In this document: positions 33,502-40,628 of the stretch, piece by piece
Numbering within the stretch: the first letter of the stretch is position 1
Layout of the letters: every line of letters starts with the position of its first letter
DNA from: a virus
DNA: 43,716 bases
Strand: one strand, 5' to 3'
Virus record (IMG/VR): IMGVR_UViG_3300018476_000018
Span: 1 to 43,716 of that record
Program-made: the position numbers and the translations under genes
Notes under the pieces: model-generated
Seen by the model: only the letters and a program-made list of their open reading frames with translations
Told to the model about the DNA's origin: nothing
Database searches by the model: none

Positions 33502-35156
33502 GGTATGCTCCAGAAGCTCTTCTGATTAGCATGTAGCGCCGCCCGCTCCCCAGACGTAGATGCGCTAAACCAGACTATAAACTCTCGTTCGTCACAAACA
33601 TTCCCCGGCGTTTCATTACCAGCAGCAACATATAAGTTTGTTCCACCAATTACATTCATCGTGCCGACTGTCTCGGCATTTGCGTCAACCAAACCAACCC
33701 CAGCAACACCCGGCGCAAAAACTCCCGTCAGCGAGTGCCAGTTAAGCGCGGTCCATCCGGCGGGATTTATATTATGCGTACCATCAACAATGTATAAAAT
33801 GTCATAGTCTGCGTGTGGTACTATTTGCTGTTGCCCAGCACCAGCAAAATAACATGACAGAAACCCGCCAGGAGTTGGGCGTGTCGTCTGCCGAGCCACA
33901 GCGTTAAGCGTCATTGAAGCGCCTATCGGCAGCGCTACCGTTAGCTCAACTTGCTGAGTATTTGTCACTCGAACACACGGTAACCCATCCCCGCAATTTG
34001 CCAGGAACGCCGGCTGGATCGCCGTCGTCACCTGCGCCAGGTGCCGCGTGTTGCCGCTCTGGTCGTAGAGCGTGCGGACGAAACAGGTTGTGCTGGCGCA
34101 GAACGCGTTCGCCGCCGCCGTATCGATGGGCGCGCCGGTAAAGCCGGTGAAACCCAGGAAACCGATGTCCTGCTCGGCATTGTCGCTGGCTCGGCGCAGG
34201 CGGATCGCCGGGCCGGCGTAGCTGCTCTTCAGCTTGCGCAGGGAGTAAGCGCCGCTCGGGGCGGCGAAGGTGTCGAGCGGCAGCGGCATCCAATAGTTGC
34301 GCTGGTTCTGCTGCAGCGCGGTGCGCTCAGCGCCGGTCAGCGCGTAGCCATTCCACACCACCGCCTCGGTCTGGCTGCACTGGCTCGATGCCGCCGGGTT
34401 GTTCTGTGCGTTAAACCCGCCCGCCACCACGCTGCCGGTGATCGTCCCGGCCGTCTCCGCGCCGTCTATGTTGAAAACGCTCGATGCCCCGTTGACCACC
34501 CCCTCGGCCGCATGCCACGCCCCGTCCGCCGCCGTCGCGATGATGCTGCCGCTGGCGCCAAAGAGCTGCCAACTGTTCGCCGCCGCCGGCGTGATGATCT
34601 GATTGTGCGGCGCCGCCGACGCCATGCTCAGCAAATAACAAGCGTTGCCGCTCGTCACGTTGCGATGCGCCACCGTGGACAAGCTCACCGGCATGGCGGG
34701 CGTCACCGTCCCCGCCATCAACAAAACCGTGCTCGCCGACAGCGCCCTGGCGCACGGCAAGCTGCCGTTGCAGTTGGCGATGTATTGCGGCTGGTTCGCC
34801 GCCGTCGCCTGCACGAGATGGCGCGCGTTGCCCGATTGATCGTACCAAGTGTCGAGGAAACAGGTGGTCGCGGCGCAGAAGGTGGCGGCGGTTGCCGTGT
34901 CGAAATCGTTGCCGACAAAGCCAATGTCTTGGGTACCGCCGGTCGTCCGGCGCAGCTTTACCGCTGACCCGGCGTATGCCGTCCGGAGCTTCCTGAAGGA
35001 ATACGCCGCCGCAGGGGCGGTAAACCCGTCCAGCACCCCCGCATTGGCCGGGATTATCCGGTGCCCGCGATACGGCGCATGCATGCGCGCAGATGCCGGG
35101 ACAGCAATCGCTGCCGCCAGCAACAGCGCCAGCGCCAGGCGCACCGGCTCCGGCAT
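33498..35156 (-). CDS. Sec-exported protein with two tandem GH54-type (alpha-L-arabinofuranosidase B catalytic / concanavalin-like) domains (552 aa).
   Basis: Signal peptide MPEPVRLALALLLAAAIAVPASA. The block AYSFRKLRTAYAGSAVKLRRTTGGTQDIGF...FCAATTCFLDTWYDQSGNARHLVQ recurs as AYSLRKLKSSYAGPAIRLRRASDNAEQDIGF...FCASTTCFVRTLYDQSGNTRHLAQ. Both match the fungal AbfB N-domain block ALYSS(F/Y)SG.LYQ..RGSD...I....FC..TTC.I.IIYDQSGNGNHL.Q, which I recalled from memory. Confidence 0.6.
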   Translation of the reverse strand: MPEPVRLALALLLAAAIAVPASARMHAPYRGHRIIPANAGVLDGFTAPAAAYSFRKLRTAYAGSAVKLRRTTGGTQDIGFVGNDFDTATAATFCAATTCFLDTWYDQSGNARHLVQATAANQPQYIANCNGSLPCARALSASTVLLMAGTVTPAMPVSLSTVAHRNVTSGNACYLLSMASAAPHNQIITPAAANSWQLFGASGSIIATAADGAWHAAEGVVNGASSVFNIDGAETAGTITGSVVAGGFNAQNNPAASSQCSQTEAVVWNGYALTGAERTALQQNQRNYWMPLPLDTFAAPSGAYSLRKLKSSYAGPAIRLRRASDNAEQDIGFLGFTGFTGAPIDTAAANAFCASTTCFVRTLYDQSGNTRHLAQVTTAIQPAFLANCGDGLPCVRVTNTQQVELTVALPIGASMTLNAVARQTTRPTPGGFLSCYFAGAGQQQIVPHADYDILYIVDGTHNINPAGWTALNWHSLTGVFAPGVAGVGLVDANAETVGTMNVIGGTNLYVAAGNETPGNVCDEREFIVWFSASTSGERAALHANQKSFWSIP

Positions 35157-35159
35157 CCG

Positions 35160-35513
35160 CTACAGCCCGTCCCCCGGCGTTATATATAACGTCGCCGCCG
35201 TGCCAGCGCTGATCCCCGCCACATACTGCTGCAGATTGCAGCTCAGCACCTCGACGCTGGCGGGGGCGATCGGCATGCCGGCCGCGACCGTGGCGACGCT
35301 GGCAACATCGCCGCAGACGATAAAGGCCGGGACCGTGCCGCTATTATATATCCGGAAATGCGGGCTATTCGCCGCCGTCTGAACCTGCACCCGCGCCGTC
35401 GCGCCGGTTACGGATAGGGTTACCGTGGGGCCGCCGGGGGCAAACGCATTCTGCGCCGAAGCGGGAAAAACCGCCGCGAGACACAATGCCGCCACCAAAA
35501 GACTAGGTTTCAT
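35160..35513 (-). CDS. Small Sec-exported protein (117 aa).
   Basis: ATG 35513. Signal peptide MKPSLLVAALCLAAVFPASA-QN. The ORF-track start at 35612 was rejected. Confidence 0.55.
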   Translation of the reverse strand: MKPSLLVAALCLAAVFPASAQNAFAPGGPTVTLSVTGATARVQVQTAANSPHFRIYNSGTVPAFIVCGDVASVATVAAGMPIAPASVEVLSCNLQQYVAGISAGTAATLYITPGDGL

Positions 35514-35790
35514 GCGGCTCTCTCTGTGTGGCGGGTGTCTCATTAGGGTCTCGCGCGCGTGTGTGGCGCGCGTGTGTGTGCGCAGCGCGCGGTTTAGATT
35601 GTCGCCAGACAACCGTCAGCCCGACGCCCTGCAGCTCGTATTCCAGGTCGCGCGCCTCGTCGCTATCGCGATCGATATCGCGACACCACGAACTGCCGCG
35701 TGGACCGTACCGGCGAAAGCCGTTTTCAAAGAATGCTCGCCGCAGGTTTACTGGAGCGTCATAGACAACCATGAGTTGCGGCTCACTCAT
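35503..35790 (-). CDS. Hypothetical protein (95 aa).
   Basis: ATG 35790 (MSEPQLMVVYDAPVNLRRAFFENGF...). The C-terminal part is encoded by an alternating CG/TG tract. Overlaps the next start by 11 nt. Confidence 0.4.
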   Translation of the reverse strand: MSEPQLMVVYDAPVNLRRAFFENGFRRYGPRGSSWCRDIDRDSDEARDLEYELQGVGLTVVWRQSKPRAAHTHARHTRARDPNETPATQREPHET

Positions 35791-35992
35791 GCCGGTTCCA
35801 AAAAAAATATTTGGGCGGGGTGGGTAAACGTGGGGGTGGGTGGGGCCCACGCCACCGCCAGCATGGAACCATCCGCGTCAGGGTGTCGGGCCGATGCTGT
35901 CTTCTATACGCGTGCGCGCGAGGGGAGCAGGGCGTATGCGGATACACTCTCCGCAACACCGCCGCAGTAATGCTGGCGTTTAGCCCTGTTAG

Positions 35993-36508
35993 CTACTTTG
36001 TCCCATCATCGCTGCCATCATCTTGATGGTCGATCGTGATCTGCTTCGGCCGCACGGCCACCAGCTCTATGCGCGTGAGGAGTGGCGCGTTGGCGTCGCC
36101 GCTGATCTCGACCTTGTCGCCGTATATCTTAGGCAGAACCTTCGATAGCAGCCACTTCCTGTTGTCCGACATCAGCCTGGCGTGCTGCACAAGCGCGTTG
36201 TCGGGATGACCATTATGGATGATTGGTGCGTCACCAATCGCGATCACTTCATCGGCCAGTTTCTCGTAACCAATAGATTTCGCACGCGCGTATCGAGCAC
36301 CGAAGTCAGCGCGGTCCAACGCCCACTTTCGTATGGCGCTTTGCACTGGCATACCCGGCGATCGGCATATCGCTGCCAGCGGCTCACCATCCGCCAGTCT
36401 GTCACATATCTCATCGGCCAGCGCTTGCGTGTACACCGGCTGCGAGCCGTTGCGACCACCGCGTTTAGCGCCTTTGGGGGTGCCCGCTTTGCGCTTGGGT
36501 GCGGGCAT
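35993..36508 (-). CDS. terS: Terminase small subunit, Sf6 gp1 type (171 aa).
   Basis: YTQALADEICDRLADGEPLAAICRSPGMPVQSAIRKWALDRADFGARYARAK...ARLMSDNRKWLLSKVLPKIYGDKVE parallels Sf6 gp1 (Y.PEVADDICSLLSSGESLLKVCKRPGMPDKSTVFRWL...FRDKYAKA...ARLRVDTRKWALARMNPRKYGDKV), recalled from memory. Confidence 0.8.
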   Translation of the reverse strand: MPAPKRKAGTPKGAKRGGRNGSQPVYTQALADEICDRLADGEPLAAICRSPGMPVQSAIRKWALDRADFGARYARAKSIGYEKLADEVIAIGDAPIIHNGHPDNALVQHARLMSDNRKWLLSKVLPKIYGDKVEISGDANAPLLTRIELVAVRPKQITIDHQDDGSDDGTK

Positions 36509-36510
36509 AA

Positions 36511-36699
36511 CTACGCCGCGCCGCCTCTTCGCGGTGACGGGTCGGGGCGCGTGTCTCGCTCCTCTACCTCTATCTGCAATTCGGCCTCGTGCCAGAATTC
36601 GTCATCGCGGCCAGTGGGCCTGCCAGCCTGCATCCAAAGCCGCTTCGCGCGCTCGCGCACCTGCTCCTCGCGCTTGGTTATATCACTGCCATCTGTCAC
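36511..36699 (-). CDS. DUF2934-family small protein (62 aa).
   Basis: REEQVRERAKRLWMQAGRPTGRDDEFWHEAELQI matches the DUF2934 signature (I..RAY.LW...GRP.G.d...W..AE). GTG start at 36699 in a GTGA overlap. Confidence 0.6.
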   Translation of the reverse strand: MTDGSDITKREEQVRERAKRLWMQAGRPTGRDDEFWHEAELQIEVEERDTRPDPSPRRGGAA

Positions 36700-36872
36700 T
36701 GACAGTCATCACCCTGTGTCACTGCATTTGGTGACGGTTGGTAGTCCCGCATCTCGGCGTCGGTGTCGGTGTGTCGCACACTATCGCTGTGGATCCACAC
36801 ACCGGGCTCGTCGTCATCCTGCACCGGGCGGCACCAGCAATTGACGCTGGCGATGTGCTCCTCGGCCGGCAT
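36696..36872 (-). CDS. Hypothetical protein (58 aa).
   Basis: ATG 36872. Sequence MPAEEHIASVNCWCRPVQDDDEPGVWIHSDSVRH.... Its stop is coupled to the next gene. Below the ORF-track cut-off. Confidence 0.45.
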   Translation of the reverse strand: MPAEEHIASVNCWCRPVQDDDEPGVWIHSDSVRHTDTDAEMRDYQPSPNAVTQGDDCQ

Positions 36873-36875
36873 GCC

Positions 36876-37304
36876 TTAAACCTCGATCAATTCTGAGAGG
36901 TTGCGTCTCGCCGCCAGCGGGCCTGTTTGCTCTGGGGCTATACCCACACCAGGGACATCAGTTCCCTGCATCTGGCGAGCGTCCCGCATAGCTCTCTGGG
37001 CATCCTGATCAGGCATTGGGCTCCACCGCACCTTGTGCACCGGCTGGGTCGCGCTCTCAGCCATCGTAAATCCGGCCATAACGCGGATCGAAGGAAACCG
37101 CGTCTCGCCCCTAAGCCCTTGGCTTATCACGCTCATCGGCTGATCCGGGATACTGGCCGCAACCAAGGCCCTCGCCAACGCATGCGAGGCACCGCTACGC
37201 GAGCTTGCGCGGTAGCCCACACCATCGGCCGTACACTCGGCGATCCACGGGCAGCCACGGTTCGTTCTGCGCTGTTCGTCGGGCCGCTGCTTCGCCTGGA
37301 TCAC
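36876..37304 (-). CDS. Hypothetical protein (142 aa).
   Basis: GTG start at 37304, 6 nt after the upstream stop. No domain recognised. Confidence 0.45.
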   Translation of the reverse strand: MIQAKQRPDEQRRTNRGCPWIAECTADGVGYRASSRSGASHALARALVAASIPDQPMSVISQGLRGETRFPSIRVMAGFTMAESATQPVHKVRWSPMPDQDAQRAMRDARQMQGTDVPGVGIAPEQTGPLAARRNLSELIEV

Positions 37305-37310
37305 CGCGCC

Positions 37311-37847
37311 CTACCTGACCGCATACCCCCGCTCGTCGACCCGCAGGCGTCCCGGTGTCCCGTTGAGGTGGTGGATGATGCGCCACTCGCCGTCGTGCAT
37401 GATCCGCCGGAGTTGATGCTTGCCGCGGCCTCGGCCGTTGCGCTCAAGCGCATCGAGCGCCTCCAGTTTGCGCCAGCCCCAGGGGCGCGGCTGCGATCGG
37501 GCCCACAGCACGAGGCGCTGGTCCCGGGTCAGCAGAAACAACCACGCGAGCACCTCGTCGCATCGGGTGATTTCCTGCGGGGTTGGCGGGATGCGCGGGG
37601 CTTTGGCCGGGAGCCAGCCATAGGCCAGCCAATCGTAGACTACGTCGGGCCACGCGACGCGGAAGTCGTCGGGGCGGCCATTTCGTGGCATTGGCAGGCG
37701 TTGGATGGTCCACGCGGCCTCTCGCAACCGGTCACGGACGGATTCCTGGTCCCATGGCTGACGCTTCGGCCAGCCTGGCTCTGCGAGTACCCCCGGAATG
37801 TTGCATGCGTCAAGCCCATTCGCCACGCGTGCGAGGCTTTGCGTCAT
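37311..37847 (-). CDS. Hypothetical protein (178 aa), possibly a C-terminal DNA-binding domain.
   Basis: ATG 37847 (MTQSLARVANGLD...) shares one nt with the upstream stop. The Arg/Pro-rich extension to 38504 was rejected. Confidence 0.55.
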   Translation of the reverse strand: MTQSLARVANGLDACNIPGVLAEPGWPKRQPWDQESVRDRLREAAWTIQRLPMPRNGRPDDFRVAWPDVVYDWLAYGWLPAKAPRIPPTPQEITRCDEVLAWLFLLTRDQRLVLWARSQPRPWGWRKLEALDALERNGRGRGKHQLRRIMHDGEWRIIHHLNGTPGRLRVDERGYAVR

Positions 37848-38050
37848 CACAGCAGCCCGACCGCGCGGCGCAGCATGGCGTCGCGGGTAGCGGCTTCGCT
37901 GGCGCGGCACAGCGCTTGCCGGGTTTCTTCCGGCGACAGCCGCGGTTGCATCGGCGACAACCGCGGGCCGTCGGGGTCGAGCCCGGCGGAGCGCCGGATG
38001 TGGGGCAGGAGTGGGTTGCTCTTCCAGGCGTCGTAGCGGTCCATCGGCAT
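37847..38050 (-). CDS. Hypothetical protein (67 aa).
   Basis: AGGAGG lies directly upstream of ATG 38050. The stop is coupled to the next gene. Confidence 0.5.
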   Translation of the reverse strand: MPMDRYDAWKSNPLLPHIRRSAGLDPDGPRLSPMQPRLSPEETRQALCRASEAATRDAMLRRAVGLL

Positions 38051-38056
38051 TTCCTC

Positions 38057-38269
38057 CTATCGCTTTGCCCAACGGTTGAGCGGCGAGCGTGGGGTGCCGC
38101 GGCATCCGGTGCATTGGCCTCCGGTGCCGACATGGGAGATGCTGGGCGGGCCGTCGCGCACCCAGCAGCGCGGGCCGTCGTCGCATGCCAGCGGGCGGTG
38201 TGGCTCGCGGCGGTCGCGGTACTCGGCGAAGAGCGCGAGGGCTTCCGGCGGCCATTGGCGCTGGCTCAT
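38057..38269 (-). CDS. Hypothetical Cys-containing protein (70 aa).
   Basis: ATG 38269 is in an ATGA overlap with 38266..38595. The longer ORF-track start at 38617 was rejected. Confidence 0.45.
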   Translation of the reverse strand: MSQRQWPPEALALFAEYRDRREPHRPLACDDGPRCWVRDGPPSISHVGTGGQCTGCRGTPRSPLNRWAKR

Positions 38270-38595
38270 TCGGCGGCCTCCGGCTGTTGGAAGCCTGGCC
38301 GCCGGAAGCCCGGGACATCGGTTGGCTGGACCGACTTCCTCCACTCCTCTGCCTCGGCGTAGCGCGTCGCATTTCTGGCGGCGGTGTCGGCTTGGCAGCG
38401 CTGGGATTGCTCGGCGACACGAGCGCGCAGTGCCGCTTCGGCTTCTGCCACATCGCGCTCGTTGTACCACTCGCCCTTTGGGTCTGGTGGCGAGGTGTGG
38501 ACATCGCGCAATACGCCGAGCAGGACGCGGCGCAGGGCGTAGACCTCGGCGTGCCACTTCCAGCGCTGTGGGATGGACATATCGCTGTACTTCAT
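38266..38595 (-). CDS. Hypothetical protein (109 aa).
   Basis: ATG 38595 is in an ATGA overlap with the DUF1376 gene. Confidence 0.55.
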   Translation of the reverse strand: MKYSDMSIPQRWKWHAEVYALRRVLLGVLRDVHTSPPDPKGEWYNERDVAEAEAALRARVAEQSQRCQADTAARNATRYAEAEEWRKSVQPTDVPGFRRPGFQQPEAAE

Positions 38596-39230
38596 TCGGC
38601 TGCCCCTGCGTGGCCATTGAGGCTTGTGCGCCGAGCGGCCTCCTTCGCGCGGTGGAATTCGGCGAGGCCGGCCGCTCTCTGCTCCGGGGTGATGAGGTCG
38701 TCGGAATTGACCTCCGGTTCTTTGGTGGTTCGGGAGCGCGAGGCGGCGGCGCCGTCGCCCTGCGACGGCAGAGGCGGCGTCGCTTCGCGCGGGGTAAGGA
38801 CAGAAAGATTTAGCTCTTTATGGCTAAATCTTTCTTCCTTACCCTGGTGATAGTGATGGTTAGCTTTTCTACGCGGATAACCTTCCGGTTTGTCTAAGTC
38901 ATTGGGACGACCGCCTTTTGCCCCGTTAAACCGGGCTGTTTCGATCCGGTTTTGTGCCAGTTTGATCTCGGTTTCGCACCGGTTTGACGTGAGTTTGCCG
39001 TCGGTTTCGACGAACTTTGGCATGAGTTTCGGCAAGATGCGCCGCATGGTCTGCGGCCTGACCCCGCATAATCTCGCCAGTTCGGACGGGTCTGCCGGCA
39101 GCGCGCCGCCGTGACTGTAGATGCGGACCACAAGGCGCAGGTAGATCGCCTCTTCCTCTAGGCTCATCCCGAGCGTGCCGGCGATCCACTCGTCGGGGGA
39201 GAAATCGATCCTGCGTATTTTGGCGGGCAT
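38592..39230 (-). CDS. DUF1376 (YdaU-like) replication-associated protein (212 aa).
   Basis: The N-terminal IDFSPDEWIAGTLGMSLEEEAIYLRLVVRIYSHGGALPADPSELARLCGV matches the DUF1376 pattern (d....t..ms.ee.G.Y.rLl...w..G.lP.d...la...). Located in the replication/recombination module. Confidence 0.6.
   Translation of the reverse strand: MPAKIRRIDFSPDEWIAGTLGMSLEEEAIYLRLVVRIYSHGGALPADPSELARLCGVRPQTMRRILPKLMPKFVETDGKLTSNRCETEIKLAQNRIETARFNGAKGGRPNDLDKPEGYPRRKANHHYHQGKEERFSHKELNLSVLTPREATPPLPSQGDGAAASRSRTTKEPEVNSDDLITPEQRAAGLAEFHRAKEAARRTSLNGHAGAAE
38793..38843. repeat. 51-bp AT-rich inverted repeat inside the DUF1376 gene: 21-bp arms, one bulged nt, 8-nt loop.
   Basis: GGTAAGGA-c-AGAAAGATTTAGC tctttatg GCTAAATCTTTCT-TCCTTACC. 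The 13-bp core arms at 38802-38814 and 38823-38835 are perfectly complementary. Confidence 0.9.
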
Positions 39231-39410
39231 TCAATCCTCCCATCGGTCGCGGTGCAGCATGGCCCACGCCGCCAGTTGCTCGCGCACCTGCTGCCAGCGC
39301 CCCGGCACCTCGTTGTGCAGTGCCACCATCGCCTCGCCGGGGCCGATGCCGGCGCGCTGCCACAGCGCTATCTGGGCGTCGGCGTGGCGCAGCGCTTCGG
39401 GCCATGTCAC
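39231..39410 (-). CDS. Hypothetical protein (59 aa).
   Basis: GTG 39410 is in a GTGA overlap with the RecT stop, and its TGA directly abuts the DUF1376 ATG. Sequence (M)TWPEALRHADAQIALWQRAGIGPGEAMVALHNEV.... Below the ORF-track cut-off. Confidence 0.45.
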   Translation of the reverse strand: MTWPEALRHADAQIALWQRAGIGPGEAMVALHNEVPGRWQQVREQLAAWAMLHRDRWED

Positions 39411-40420
39411 AGAGCGAGCCCCTGCCGTGCATCGGCCTCGGCGGCGAGGCTGTGATACTCGTCGCGGAGTGCGCGTATCAGGTCGGCGTCACTGCGGCGC
39501 AGCGTCTTCCACCACTTCTCGAAAGCGGCGACGCCCTCCTTTGTGGCAGCCCGCGCCTCGTGGTCGAGTTCGGAGAAAACATCGCCCGGGGCAATGGGTT
39601 GGCCGGCGTCGTGGGGGAATGGACCCGACGCCGGCCCAGCATCAGGCTGAGACATTGGGGGCTCTGCCTGCTGCTGTTCTGGTGGTGCGATTGGCGGCAA
39701 CCCGAACGGATCGTCGGCGGTGACGGCGATCTTCTGGTAGCCGCCCAAACCGGGCCGCAAAGCATCCCGCTCGAAGGGTTCCAGACCGCTCCGCCAGAAC
39801 TCCCGGAACGCCGCTGCGCCGCGCTCCGCCGCCGCATGCGCCAAGGCGAATATGTCACGCGCTGGAAAGTCCTCGGCGTCACCTGTGACGGCAGCGAACT
39901 GGTCGAGGTCGGTGGTGGTGTCTGATGGCGCATCGGAGCGCTCTCGTGCGGGAATGTCGTCGACTTCCGTTTCGTCGAGGAAGCCGAGGCCAGCGATGGA
40001 TAATGTCACCCGCCGCTTGGCTTTGGTGATGCACTTAAGCGTCGCGTTGGCACGCGCTTCGCCACGCAGGCCGGCGATGCTGACGACACCAAAGTCTTCA
40101 TCGGTGCGGCCACTTTTGTCACGCGCACGGACGTGGACCGTCAGCATGTCGCCGTCGACGCGCTGGCTGACCACCTCGACGGATATGCCGTTGATTTTGC
40201 GGAGCTGATCGGCGGCGTCGCGGAGTGCGTACAGCACCACCTTGCCGTTCAGCGTGATGTATGCCAGCGGCCGGGTGAGCGGGTTCAGCCCGACACTGTC
40301 ACAGACTTTTTTGTAGTACGTTACGCGCTCGATGGGCGTCAGTTTGGCGAGATCGCCCTTGGTGATGACGGCTTCCATAATGTCGCCGCCCTGGCGGATT
40401 GGCACAACGTCACTCGGCAT
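39407..40420 (-). CDS. recT: RecT/Bet-family single-strand annealing recombinase (337 aa).
   Basis: VTYYKKVCDSVGLNPLTRPLAYITLNGKVVLYALRDAADQL...ATLKCITKAKRRVTLS parallels the Bet/RecT core. ATG 40420 has GGAGG 6 nt upstream and is preferred over 40480. Confidence 0.7.
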   Translation of the reverse strand: MPSDVVPIRQGGDIMEAVITKGDLAKLTPIERVTYYKKVCDSVGLNPLTRPLAYITLNGKVVLYALRDAADQLRKINGISVEVVSQRVDGDMLTVHVRARDKSGRTDEDFGVVSIAGLRGEARANATLKCITKAKRRVTLSIAGLGFLDETEVDDIPARERSDAPSDTTTDLDQFAAVTGDAEDFPARDIFALAHAAAERGAAAFREFWRSGLEPFERDALRPGLGGYQKIAVTADDPFGLPPIAPPEQQQAEPPMSQPDAGPASGPFPHDAGQPIAPGDVFSELDHEARAATKEGVAAFEKWWKTLRRSDADLIRALRDEYHSLAAEADARQGLAL

Positions 40421-40628
40421 GGCAGCCTCCGTTACGTCTATCAATTTCGTCGATAATAGCGCGTCGGCACTCGTTGACACGTTCCTGCCAAGTGCCGCCC
40501 GCGCGTGTCCATACGCCGCGCTTCATGAGGTCGGATATCACCTCGATGATGAGGTCGCGGTGGGTCGCAGTGCTGAACCCTCGCTTGTGTAGTTCGCCGG
40601 CATAGTCGAAGAGCTTAGGCTTCGACAT
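40410..40628 (-). CDS. Hypothetical protein (72 aa).
   Basis: ATG 40628 (MSKPKLFDYAGELHKRGF...). Short overlaps with both neighbours. Confidence 0.45.
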   Translation of the reverse strand: MSKPKLFDYAGELHKRGFSTATHRDLIIEVISDLMKRGVWTRAGGTWQERVNECRRAIIDEIDRRNGGCHAE

